DNA of 64,000 nucleotides, from IMG/VR virus record IMGVR_UViG_3300049988_000124, positions 224,001-288,000 of that record. The stretch is one strand, 5' to 3'. Of this stretch, positions 44,162 to 52,576 are shown piece by piece (position 1 is the first letter of the stretch; every line of letters starts with the position of its first letter). The stretch is from a virus. Lineage: Duplodnaviria > Caudoviricetes. Made by a program: the position numbers and the translations under genes. The notes beneath the pieces are model-generated. The model was not told where the DNA came from. It did not search any database and worked only from the letters and a program-made list of their open reading frames with translations.

Positions 44162-44189
44162 GATGGAGGAGGGTTTCCCCTCCTCCATC
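44162..44189 (-). terminator. Hairpin terminator
   Basis: gatggaggaggg/ccctcctccatc 12-bp stem. Confidence 0.75.
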
Positions 44190-44213
44190 ATCGTAAGGAA
44201 AGAGCAGTGACGC

Positions 44214-44789
44214 TCAGGCTGGCATGACGACCTTGTCCATCGGCTTCAGGCTCTGGTCCACCTGGTCCAGGGGGATCTCAGCACCGCCCATTGCCGACTC
44301 GCCCTGGGTGCGAATGACGTAGGGTTCGGTTGGTTTGCCGCTGGTGAACTCGTGCGTGTTGGCGCTGGCGTTGTCGCCGCTGTTCTGCTTGACTGTGTCG
44401 AACACCATCAAGAGATGCGGGTCGGTTGCACCGCGCTCCATTCCTTCCTCCAGCGTGATGCTGGCCGAGATCTTGGCGCGCAGGAGCGTGTCATCATCGC
44501 TCTCGTGGCGTGAGCGGTAGAAGCAGACGGTCTTGCCGTCGATGTTGCTCATACCGATCAGGACGAGGGGAATAAGGAATGAGTTGGGAGTAGTGCTCGG
44601 GTCGAAGTCAGATCCCTCGATCACACTCAGCTTGATCTGCTGATTGTTGGCGTTGCTGTTCTCGAAGGCGGTCGGCAGGTTATTCGTCGTGAAGTTCACG
44701 TCCCAATGCGCGCCCGCATCCTTGTCCAGCTGGTTCAGCCGCAGCGTCTTGCTGTTGCGAGGATCGTTGTTCCTGGTAAGCTCGATCAT
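44214..44789 (-). CDS. Hypothetical protein
   Basis: 191 aa with strong codon bias and RBS aaggag. Confidence 0.8.
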   Translation of the reverse strand: MIELTRNNDPRNSKTLRLNQLDKDAGAHWDVNFTTNNLPTAFENSNANNQQIKLSVIEGSDFDPSTTPNSFLIPLVLIGMSNIDGKTVCFYRSRHESDDDTLLRAKISASITLEEGMERGATDPHLLMVFDTVKQNSGDNASANTHEFTSGKPTEPYVIRTQGESAMGGAEIPLDQVDQSLKPMDKVVMPA

Positions 44790-44942
44790 GAGATGCTCCT
44801 TTACCCGATGTTTGGTTTGTGGTACGAATGTTCCACAGACTATAGTCTATAGCAGGGTTGTTAAAAAGAATCTAACTGGTAGTATTTGTTTTCTACTATC
44901 ATGTGACTACGCATCTATTTTTATACATCAAGGATTATCGGT

Positions 44943-45212
44943 ATGTTTCTCGACATTCAGGACTATGGTGGTTTCTCGTTCGGCGCAGGAACCGGCGATG
45001 CCAAGAAGGCATTGGTGGTAGGGTTAGATGGTGAACCCACTAATCCATCCCACAGACGCCATCAGCAACGACTAGCGTTCGCTGAATTCTACCGAAAGCA
45101 GAATGCGCGTCTTCGTAAACCTTGTCCTAAATGCGGAACACTGGTGCAGCCTAAGCTCTTAGGTCAGCACTATGATGCTTACCATCCCGGTACCGCCCAC
45201 CCTTCTAACTAA
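44943..45212 (+). CDS. Small protein with possible zinc finger
   Basis: CPKCG...HYDAYH pattern, RBS aagga. Confidence 0.55.
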   Translation: MFLDIQDYGGFSFGAGTGDAKKALVVGLDGEPTNPSHRRHQQRLAFAEFYRKQNARLRKPCPKCGTLVQPKLLGQHYDAYHPGTAHPSN

Positions 45213-45226
45213 GGAGTTACCCGGCG

Positions 45227-45637
45227 ATGGGTGAGAAGATTCAAGTCGGACCAGAGAAGCTTAAAGTCTTCGCGGTCATGATCCACGAGGCCAACAAGGT
45301 CCTCTGTGAGTCGCAAGGCGACAACAGCCAGGAGCATTGGAACGAAGCTCCCGGATACAACCACCAATCAGCCACGCTGACCGTGCGGGCTCTTTTCAAG
45401 AATCCCGACCTTACCCCGTCTGATCTCCACGATATCTGGATGGATGGTAAGAAGGCCGACGGTTGGTCCTACGGTGAGACCAAGGACCGCGACAAGAAGA
45501 CGCATCCCTCAATGATCCCGTACGCTGACTTGAGTGCACTCGAGAAGTATAAGGATCGCCTCGTCCTCAACATCGTCTTGAGCTACATCGATGAGATCGG
45601 GAGGGAGAGCTATGTCTTGGTTGATAAGGATAGCTAG
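45227..45637 (+). CDS. RyR-domain-containing protein
   Basis: HDIWM..KKADGWSYGETKDRDKKTHPSMIPYADLSALEKYKD matches the RyR repeat consensus. Confidence 0.85.
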   Translation: MGEKIQVGPEKLKVFAVMIHEANKVLCESQGDNSQEHWNEAPGYNHQSATLTVRALFKNPDLTPSDLHDIWMDGKKADGWSYGETKDRDKKTHPSMIPYADLSALEKYKDRLVLNIVLSYIDEIGRESYVLVDKDS

Positions 45638-45905
45638 AACAATAGGCACAGCCTTCCTGTTCGTCCTGATTCTACTGTGCGTGAATGTTGCTGCTAGTGC
45701 CTTGATTGTTCTATCAGCAATCACGCTTCTGTGCGACATCGATCTCCTGGTTCGTTTCGTGTTCCTACCAGGAGTAGCACCTATCCAAGGGCTCCCTCTT
45801 CTTGGACTGAATGCGCTATTGATTACCACTGCTCTATCTGGTTGGTTAGTTTACACACTTTCTACATTTTCCGACGCACTTGATTTCTCGTTTGATACAT
45901 TGTGA
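45612..45905 (+). CDS. Small membrane protein
   Basis: ATG at 45612, about three hydrophobic segments. Confidence 0.55.
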   Translation: MSWLIRIARTIGTAFLFVLILLCVNVAASALIVLSAITLLCDIDLLVRFVFLPGVAPIQGLPLLGLNALLITTALSGWLVYTLSTFSDALDFSFDTL

Positions 45906-45907
45906 GT

Positions 45908-45936
45908 AGTAGAGGAGGCGTAATGCCTCCTCTACT
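45908..45936. terminator. Bidirectional hairpin terminator
   Basis: agtagaggaggc/gcctcctctact stem. Confidence 0.78.
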
Positions 45937-46283
45937 CACTTACCCATATGTACTTCTGTGGCGCGAAGCATCTCGTCGGTGACTTGTTTTACCGGCAAGA
46001 CCGTGATACCTTTTCGGTGGTACCGAGTGAGACGGTGGAGACCATCCACGACGGCCCACTTACCCCGGTAGCGAGCAACCAGGAGAGGGTAGCGGAGTTT
46101 GGCCATGCGTACGCGCTCCTCATCGGCAACGTCGTGCTTTAAGACCCAGATGAGTTCACTGGTGTGAAGAAGGAAAGCTTTCTTGGGTCTAACCAGAAGC
46201 CTTACCTTGGATAGATCGTAGACCTTACCGTTATGTGTAAAAGTGTCGTGGGGTGCGTCCATGATGATAATCCTGCTGGTCAC
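45936..46283 (-). CDS. ParB/Srx-like N-terminal domain protein
   Basis: YPLLV...WAVVDGLHRL matches the ParB-like DGxHR motif. Confidence 0.65.
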   Translation of the reverse strand: MTSRIIIMDAPHDTFTHNGKVYDLSKVRLLVRPKKAFLLHTSELIWVLKHDVADEERVRMAKLRYPLLVARYRGKWAVVDGLHRLTRYHRKGITVLPVKQVTDEMLRATEVHMGK

Positions 46284-46293
46284 AGGATAGTGG

Positions 46294-46340
46294 ACAAAAA
46301 ATAACCTAAAGCTAGAGAGGAGGGTATTACCCTCCTCTCT
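46294..46340 (-). terminator. Hairpin terminator with displaced U-tract
   Basis: agagaggagggt/accctcctctct at 46314-46340. ACAAAAAATAACC at 46294-46306. Confidence 0.75.
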
Positions 46341-46625
46341 TCACTGATTGACTAAGCTTCGGTACAAGTGATCAAGGACCTCGGTAGGGAGAGTTTTAAG
46401 CTTCTCTCGTTCCCATTCCCATTTCTCATTGTGTTGATTACCAGTGAACTTCATCAACCCTCGGCGCACCAGCGCATCTGATTGAGTCATTCCCGGTTGC
46501 TTGTGACATCCACAGATGGCGTCAATGGTTTTATTGCGCTCGAAGGTGGACGGATCATTAACGGACAAGTTCGTATTCTTTTCTTTTGAGCCAAATAAGC
46601 TTCTTGACTTCAAAGATAAGTTCAC
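46341..46625 (-). CDS. Hypothetical protein (start uncertain)
   Basis: Ends at the terminator. Its N-terminal part overlaps the upstream ORF. Confidence 0.5.
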   Translation of the reverse strand: MNLSLKSRSLFGSKEKNTNLSVNDPSTFERNKTIDAICGCHKQPGMTQSDALVRRGLMKFTGNQHNEKWEWEREKLKTLPTEVLDHLYRSLVNQ

Positions 46626-46842
46626 CGATGACCGAGTCTTTCTGATCGAGTAATCGAGTGACCACGTTCACCGGAAACTGTATACCAAATCTCTGTTCGA
46701 GATCATTGCGTATACCAGAAGTGCTACCCCCCAGTTGCATTAGTTGAGCAACTTCACGAGCAACAACACGGTGTAACGTTTTCATACTCATCGGGCGAGG
46801 AGTGAACCCTAGATTATAAATCGCACTCATGGCGTAATCCAT
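46558..46842 (-). CDS. Hypothetical protein
   Basis: Starts just after the ACP stop codon. Confidence 0.55.
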   Translation of the reverse strand: MDYAMSAIYNLGFTPRPMSMKTLHRVVAREVAQLMQLGGSTSGIRNDLEQRFGIQFPVNVVTRLLDQKDSVIGELIFEVKKLIWLKRKEYELVR

Positions 46843-46855
46843 TCTTGATGTTGTA

Positions 46856-47104
46856 TTATACCCCACCGGCCTTGGTCTTGTCGGCCACATACTCGACGAC
46901 ATCCTTGACGGTGCTCATCTGATCAGCATCCTTGTCAGGAATCTCGATCTCGAACTCTTCCTCGATCGCCATCACGAGTTCAACGATGTCGAGACTGTCG
47001 GCTCCCAGATCATCGATCAGGTGTGAGTTGTCGTTGACGACCTTCTCTTCATGAACGACGTGCTTACTAATAAGCTCACGAACTTTGTCTGCAACATCTG
47101 CCAT
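46856..47104 (-). CDS. acpP: Acyl carrier protein
   Basis: DDLGADSLDIVELVMAIEEEFEIEIPD with the phosphopantetheine-attachment Ser in DSL. Acidic, 82 aa. Confidence 0.95.
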   Translation of the reverse strand: MADVADKVRELISKHVVHEEKVVNDNSHLIDDLGADSLDIVELVMAIEEEFEIEIPDKDADQMSTVKDVVEYVADKTKAGGV

Positions 47105-47122
47105 AGTCTTAGCCCTTTTCTA

Positions 47123-47539
47123 CTAAGCAGTAGCGAACTGCTCTGTGGTCTGTTCTTGAATACCGTGAAGATTGAACGAGTAGCTCAGCTTGCCCGAGTG
47201 CGACCCGTACATTCCAACAACAACAGTGCTCAGTCGGTCACGTTCTGCTTGCGTGAGCTCTCGAACCTGGGGAACGGTGGTCATCACGTGCATGAGACCA
47301 AGACCCTCTACGAACTGTCCCCATACCAGATCACCTTTGCGCAACTGAGCGATGAAGAGTTCCCATGACTGATCATCGACACGCTCGAGGTGAGTGGTGT
47401 GGATTGCCGTACCATCCTTGATCGTCTTGTGCGTCCAGTCTCCCCTGATCGCGACATAGTGTCCGCCCTTGGGAATCTTCTCGACTCCTTCGACCAAAGT
47501 GGGGTCGGGGTACCCCAGTGTTGGATCAACCCATTCCAT
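47123..47539 (-). CDS. Hypothetical protein
   Basis: 138 aa with RBS aaagga. Confidence 0.7.
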   Translation of the reverse strand: MEWVDPTLGYPDPTLVEGVEKIPKGGHYVAIRGDWTHKTIKDGTAIHTTHLERVDDQSWELFIAQLRKGDLVWGQFVEGLGLMHVMTTVPQVRELTQAERDRLSTVVVGMYGSHSGKLSYSFNLHGIQEQTTEQFATA

Positions 47540-48149
47540 GATCTAATCCTTTCCTTGAGATAGTAACCGTGTGATTGATAAAGCGCGGCGGAAAAGGAGG
47601 TGTCCATTCTAAGCTAATGGTTCTGGGAGCGTGCTTACGCTTCCAATCACGTCTCGTTCCTTTGCGTCCCGCTCGTTTGCTAGGAATTCGTCCGTAGTTC
47701 ACCTTCATCGAACAATGACGGTAGTTGCTCTCCGTTCTCACGATGGCCTCACATAGACCAAGAGTTTGCGCCATTATCTTTTTGAGTTGGTCTCTGTCGA
47801 GAAGCTTCGACCATTCCACGAATATTCGTGGAGTAGACAGAAACTTATCTTCCAGAGTTCCCGGTAACATCCCTACTGGATCGTTGGTCACGGTGTGGAG
47901 TTGACTTCCATCCGGAAAGACAGTGGTTAAACAGGTGACGTCTGGCGATGATGAGTAATCGACACTGTACTCGTGATCATCGTAGTAAACCAATGGGGCT
48001 GTGTGACCGCGCATTGGTTTAGGCAATTCGGCGACCGCCTTCTGAATAAAGGAGACGGCGGTTGCATTGGGATCACCTCCTTGATACAGCGAGGGATGAC
48101 CATCGAGAAGTCCATCTTCATTGAGTTCAGGTGGTTTCGACACGATCAT
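47526..48149 (-). CDS. Hypothetical protein
   Basis: 207 aa with RBS aggag. Confidence 0.7.
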   Translation of the reverse strand: MIVSKPPELNEDGLLDGHPSLYQGGDPNATAVSFIQKAVAELPKPMRGHTAPLVYYDDHEYSVDYSSSPDVTCLTTVFPDGSQLHTVTNDPVGMLPGTLEDKFLSTPRIFVEWSKLLDRDQLKKIMAQTLGLCEAIVRTESNYRHCSMKVNYGRIPSKRAGRKGTRRDWKRKHAPRTISLEWTPPFPPRFINHTVTISRKGLDHGMG

Positions 48150-48152
48150 CTC

Positions 48153-48467
48153 CTAATGAAGTTCGTGGGACATATTGGGATATTGTAGGTTATCCAGCCA
48201 TTGACGATTCAATCGACGAAGTGTCGGACTATCGCGCGGATCCATTGCCCACCGGAAGTCAGCACCTTCTGTGTTAGCGTTATTGGCGAGCTTGCCTTTG
48301 AACTTACCTCGCTCAACGCTGAATCCTCCCCAAGCAATCAATTGCCCGTAGAGATTACGCACAACAACAGCGTCCACAGTGTTACCGAGAACAGTAACAG
48401 TACCGTAGCCTACAACTTTGGAGGAAGAATGAAGTCCCTTGACGAACTCATTGATAAGATCGTTCAT
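48153..48467 (-). CDS. Hypothetical protein
   Basis: 104 aa with an ATGA overlap. Confidence 0.65.
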   Translation of the reverse strand: MNDLINEFVKGLHSSSKVVGYGTVTVLGNTVDAVVVRNLYGQLIAWGGFSVERGKFKGKLANNANTEGADFRWAMDPRDSPTLRRLNRQWLDNLQYPNMSHELH

Positions 48468-48742
48468 GTTACTGGCTCGCTAACCTTCTTGTCTCTCTCC
48501 ACTACTTGAGGAGGAATCCGCTTGAAGTTACATTGAGGCCATGCCGCCGATCGTTGCATACCCTTGGTGATGAAGGATAATACGCGGTTGTTCTTCTCGT
48601 CGTAGTAGAAGCCGACCTCCCAGACTTCATAGACGTCACCTACAGTCGGGTTATAAGGTACAGGTATCTTTCGACCACAACAAGTACAACGATCACTGAT
48701 GCAGACGACCTTCTCACCCGGATTGAATGGGTCTTCCATCAC
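48464..48742 (-). CDS. Hypothetical protein
   Basis: 92 aa with a CxCC motif and RBS ggagg. Confidence 0.65.
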   Translation of the reverse strand: MMEDPFNPGEKVVCISDRCTCCGRKIPVPYNPTVGDVYEVWEVGFYYDEKNNRVLSFITKGMQRSAAWPQCNFKRIPPQVVERDKKVSEPVT

Positions 48743-49119
48743 TAACCTCCGTAGCCTGGGATGCGTTCGCGCGCAATCCGATAAACTTCCTCAGCCTGAC
48801 AGGCGTGACCTGATTTCCCAAAGATATCAGAGAAACCACCGTACCCGGCGATAACGGATAAGAGCTGTGGATTTTCATTAAAGTAATCATCCCAGAGCAT
48901 CGAGTAGAAACGACGGCAGTCTTCGATGTTGATGGGTTTCTTGCCTTTGGCCTCCTGGATGGAGAGACCAGAGACATTACCCTCGAACAGCTTGCGTGCC
49001 TGGTATAGCTCTTCTATTGACTTGTTCTGACGAAACCTAATTCGGGCAAAGAAGGCACTGAACCTTTTGTCGCCCTTAGAAGAGCACTCGAGGATAGGAG
49101 CTTGGCCGAATGTGACCAT
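48742..49119 (-). CDS. NADAR-like protein (putative ADP-ribosylglycohydrolase fold)
   Basis: LECSSKGDKRFSAF...SIEELYQARKLF...EAK resembles NADAR FS.F...E..YQA.KF. Confidence 0.5.
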   Translation of the reverse strand: MVTFGQAPILECSSKGDKRFSAFFARIRFRQNKSIEELYQARKLFEGNVSGLSIQEAKGKKPINIEDCRRFYSMLWDDYFNENPQLLSVIAGYGGFSDIFGKSGHACQAEEVYRIARERIPGYGG

Positions 49120-49328
49120 GACTTTTCTCCCTCTATCTGAATAGGAGGTTTCCGCTTCTCGACCTGCTTAACAATTTTAGGATCGAAGATGTCAACCATC
49201 TGACCGAAATTGTCTCTGTGAAAGAAGCTATTTATTTTACCGAACATTCCATCCTGCCTGAGCTTATCAATGAGCTCATTGATGGCTTGGTACTGCCACT
49301 CGGCGAATTGTGGTGGATGTGCTAGCAT
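49014..49328 (-). CDS. Hypothetical protein
   Basis: Starts right after the stop of 49331..49969 but overlaps the next gene by about 105 nt. Confidence 0.45.
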   Translation of the reverse strand: MLAHPPQFAEWQYQAINELIDKLRQDGMFGKINSFFHRDNFGQMVDIFDPKIVKQVEKRKPPIQIEGEKSWSHSAKLLSSSALLRATKGSVPSLPELGFVRTSQ

Positions 49329-49330
49329 GA

Positions 49331-49969
49331 CTACCTCGGTGTTAGAACGTCGTTCTTGAGCTCACCTGCTGCCCAGCTGAGCGCTTCTGCGATCGTGCCT
49401 TCTCCGGTCAGATCAAAGCTGATGTCAAACTCGCTGTCATCCACGCGCTTACCACGGATGGAACAGTCAGCGGAACTATCACAAGAGCCGATGTAGATCT
49501 CCTCGATCTGGTGACCTCGCGCCTCGACGCTTTTCACATCTGCCAAGAAGTTCTCATAGATCCGCTTGAGGATAGTCAGATCAGCCTCTGACTGCTTGCG
49601 ATAGGCAAGCGGTAAGGTCTCAATGATCCGACCTCCGTTGGCCCGTATCTCTTCCAGACGATCAACGCTATTGAACGAGATCGTGAACGTGTCGATATTC
49701 TCAATGAGATCTGCCTCATCAACAACACCAGGCTTCACGTCGTGAGAGTAACTGGAACCAGTATCTCCTTCCCTGGTCATCGCCCATGCGACATCTGCCT
49801 TTAAGGGACAGTTGCGACCAGGACCCATGTTCACGAAGATGAGATCACGCCGTTGGGAAAGGCTCCACCACCAACCAGGATATCCCTTCTCGATCATGGT
49901 CACACAATCGATCAGTGCCTGCGGGGAAAGAAGACAGAAACCGCTCTTGGTTACCAAAGGAAGTGTCAT
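49331..49969 (-). CDS. Hypothetical protein
   Basis: 212 aa with RBS gagga. Confidence 0.7.
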   Translation of the reverse strand: MTLPLVTKSGFCLLSPQALIDCVTMIEKGYPGWWWSLSQRRDLIFVNMGPGRNCPLKADVAWAMTREGDTGSSYSHDVKPGVVDEADLIENIDTFTISFNSVDRLEEIRANGGRIIETLPLAYRKQSEADLTILKRIYENFLADVKSVEARGHQIEEIYIGSCDSSADCSIRGKRVDDSEFDISFDLTGEGTIAEALSWAAGELKNDVLTPR

Positions 49970-49988
49970 TGATCAATCCTCTTCTGTG

Positions 49989-50624
49989 TTACGGTGTTTT
50001 CCCAATCTTACCATGCCACTTAAGGCAGCTGGCTTTGTTCCAGGTGTCAGCAGTGCCACCATCCTTTAGTCCCCCAGCCTCTGCCTTCACACTTCCCTGT
50101 GAGGGCCTAAGACTCCACTCTCGTTGATCAGAGTTAGGGTTACCGAAGGTAAAGGCTAGGAGTAGCCCATCGGGTGACACTGCTTTTGCAACGGAACTGT
50201 TACGCTGAAAGAAATTACCAGTACCTGGATCCAGAAGAGCTCCCATGCTCCCAACCTCTAGGATCTGATCCACCGTATTGGCCGACAATTGGTCGGAGAA
50301 ATACTGGTGGTAGTAGTTGCAAGTACTGGCCGTCTTACTTGACTTATCGTCTTGTCCAAAGAAACCATTCTCTCCCACCTCAGTGGGAAGGAACAAGGTA
50401 ACATTCTCCGCCTTCACGTACCGAAGAAGGATTAATGTCACGACCACGTGATCAGCCCAAGCCGCACCTCCTGAGTAGAGTTTCAGCTCACCTAGGTCCA
50501 CGTTCAAATGGTCAAGGAGTCGCATGGTGGCTTGGACCATGCGGTTGTAGTGCTTTAGCGTGAGATACTGTTTGTCCTCCTTTCGTCCAGCCGTTCCAAT
50601 CACCGCGAGCGAAGGGTAGGACAT
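49989..50624 (-). CDS. SLOG superfamily (DprA/YspA-like) protein
   Basis: LAVIGTAGR, SGGAAWAD, FQRNSSVA, LLAF and GGTADTW match the SLOG motifs. Confidence 0.75.
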   Translation of the reverse strand: MSYPSLAVIGTAGRKEDKQYLTLKHYNRMVQATMRLLDHLNVDLGELKLYSGGAAWADHVVVTLILLRYVKAENVTLFLPTEVGENGFFGQDDKSSKTASTCNYYHQYFSDQLSANTVDQILEVGSMGALLDPGTGNFFQRNSSVAKAVSPDGLLLAFTFGNPNSDQREWSLRPSQGSVKAEAGGLKDGGTADTWNKASCLKWHGKIGKTP

Positions 50625-50628
50625 GATC

Positions 50629-51150
50629 TTACCCCTTCACACCACGAACCATCAACCACATCTTCTCCATCATTCGGTGAAGTACTTGACGGAAAGACGA
50701 GGGACGTGGTGGATTGTAGAATACGCGAATGAAATTGTCGGAACTGACGATGATGGTATTCAGATTGGTGAGGTCAACTGGTACTGCTCGCTTATCATTC
50801 CAAGCACAGGCATTGTCTAGATACATACCAAGCCGATCAACGTAGCTAACCAGGTCGGGACGCATTTCGCTGACCAACTGGTCATGTTGGACGTAATTGG
50901 TCATGAACAGATTGTTAATGAAGTACAAGTAGGTCCTTGTAATCTTCAAATTGGTATGATCGACCTCACTAAGACCAACCGCGTACTTGAGCACATAGTC
51001 AATTTGACGAACGGCGTTGGACAAACTCTTCAGGAACTTCTTCTGATGATCTTCCGCGATGCTGTGGCCCATGTCGTCCATGTTAGCCATTGTCCGGTCG
51101 CAAATTTCCTTCATCACTTCCTTGGTTTTGGATCCATCATTCTTGACCAT
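50629..51150 (-). CDS. Hypothetical protein
   Basis: ATG at 51150 with RBS ggag, first gene after the promoter at 51188. Confidence 0.7.
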   Translation of the reverse strand: MVKNDGSKTKEVMKEICDRTMANMDDMGHSIAEDHQKKFLKSLSNAVRQIDYVLKYAVGLSEVDHTNLKITRTYLYFINNLFMTNYVQHDQLVSEMRPDLVSYVDRLGMYLDNACAWNDKRAVPVDLTNLNTIIVSSDNFIRVFYNPPRPSSFRQVLHRMMEKMWLMVRGVKG

Positions 51151-51187
51151 GGTAAAATCTCCAAATGAGTAGGGTTTACTCAACTGA

Positions 51188-51213
51188 GTAATATAGGGTT
51201 TGTAGCGTCATGA
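51188..51213 (-). promoter_or_regulatory. Early promoter TCAT-N14-TATATTAC
   Basis: gtaatata at 51188-51195 and atga at 51210-51213. Confidence 0.7.
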
Positions 51214-52140
51214 GAACTGAAGGCAGAAGCACGCAAACTTAATTGCCGCCTCTTCTGAATCTGCCAACACCAAGAACCCATTGTGATGAACGTAGGAGAC
51301 ACCCTCGATCCGAGTGAGATCCTCGATCATCTCTCGTCTAGCGCCTAAGAGAGATAAAGGTACCGGTGTCTTGGCACTACGCTGACCCTCCCGAGGAATC
51401 GGCCTGATGATGTAGTTATGCTCCAGCCCTTCTGCCCTGAGAGAGGGATGAATAGCAAAGTGAGCATCAGTGGATGAGTAATGGCGATAGCTCGGAATGA
51501 TGTGATCGGACACCACGATCTTGCCGTCATTAAGGAGGCGCTTCTCTGTGACCATGTGCTTGGTCTGCGCGATGGTGTGGTCAGCTGCGTGAAAGCAAGA
51601 GCGCTCGAAGAGCAGGGACACCATGGATACTGTTTCTAAGAACGCAGCATCGTAGGTCGCTCTAGATTTCACAGGGTCGGTCGGACGCATGGCTTGTACT
51701 ACCACGCTGATCGGGGTGAGTTCATGGCTGACCCCGTTGTCGCTGCGATCAATGGGCTCTATCCACTGGCTGCGGATATGCCGCTCTACCGCAGAGAAGA
51801 GATCAATCGTCGTACCCCCGAACTCGTAGCGCCTGGGTAGTCCAATCTTGTCTAGGTAGACTTGCGCGTAATGCCGCCACACTAGACCAGCACTGGAATA
51901 GATGTGATTGTCTCGTCCTCTGGGAGGATGGGCCATGTGGTGATCATAGCGCTTATGGCCGTGGTCGTAGATACCACCCACATCAACAACGATGTCCATC
52001 CAACTTAGTGTGTCCGGGTCTCTAGTGCGAACAACATGATGGTTGGGGTGAATGGTAGAGAGAATAGCGATCGCCAATACTTCATCGGCGTGAAAGGAAC
52101 CATCGTGAGTCCCGATTCTGATGGGGTGGTCACTGGTCAT
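51208..52140 (-). CDS. MYG1 (UPF0160) family DHH exonuclease
   Basis: IGTHDGSFHADEVLA, VVRTRDP, IVVDVGGIYD, RYDHH, SSAGLVWRHY, IDRSDNG and YVHHNGF. ATG at 52140 with RBS ggag. Confidence 0.92.
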   Translation of the reverse strand: MTSDHPIRIGTHDGSFHADEVLAIAILSTIHPNHHVVRTRDPDTLSWMDIVVDVGGIYDHGHKRYDHHMAHPPRGRDNHIYSSAGLVWRHYAQVYLDKIGLPRRYEFGGTTIDLFSAVERHIRSQWIEPIDRSDNGVSHELTPISVVVQAMRPTDPVKSRATYDAAFLETVSMVSLLFERSCFHAADHTIAQTKHMVTEKRLLNDGKIVVSDHIIPSYRHYSSTDAHFAIHPSLRAEGLEHNYIIRPIPREGQRSAKTPVPLSLLGARREMIEDLTRIEGVSYVHHNGFLVLADSEEAAIKFACFCLQFS

Positions 52141-52228
52141 GGTGAGTCTCCAATAGTCATACATAATGGCGCCCAGGGTTATATTGTTAACCTTGATGAT
52201 ATGACCACCCTTTAACCAGCAAGGAGCT

Positions 52229-52531
52229 GTGTTGATTATGAAGGACATTCTAGCGAACGCGACATTCGTGGTAGATATCGTCAATCATCTACTACCGGTG
52301 ATTATCTCAGCCGTCGTGATCTTTGGTACCTGGGTTGTTCGTACGTATTTTCCACAATTGAAGTATATTGCTCTTCTCACCGAAGCAACCAATGATGCAG
52401 GCATTATCAAGCTGGCCAAGTACATGGCAACCAAGAATGGTGGCAAGCACATCAAGACAGACCACCTCTGGGAATCATTCGTTCCAGCAGCGCGTGCTGT
52501 TAGTGAGCGATACCGTATGAAGATCGATTGA
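52229..52531 (+). CDS. Small membrane protein
   Basis: 100 aa with one TM segment, followed by a terminator. Confidence 0.6.
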   Translation: MLIMKDILANATFVVDIVNHLLPVIISAVVIFGTWVVRTYFPQLKYIALLTEATNDAGIIKLAKYMATKNGGKHIKTDHLWESFVPAARAVSERYRMKID

Positions 52532-52534
52532 TTA

Positions 52535-52568
52535 CTAATAGGGAGAGCCAGATGGCTCTCCCTATTAG
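52535..52568. terminator. Bidirectional hairpin terminator
   Basis: ctaatagggagagcc/ggctctccctattag 15-bp stem. Confidence 0.8.
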
Positions 52569-52576
52569 ACTTGATC

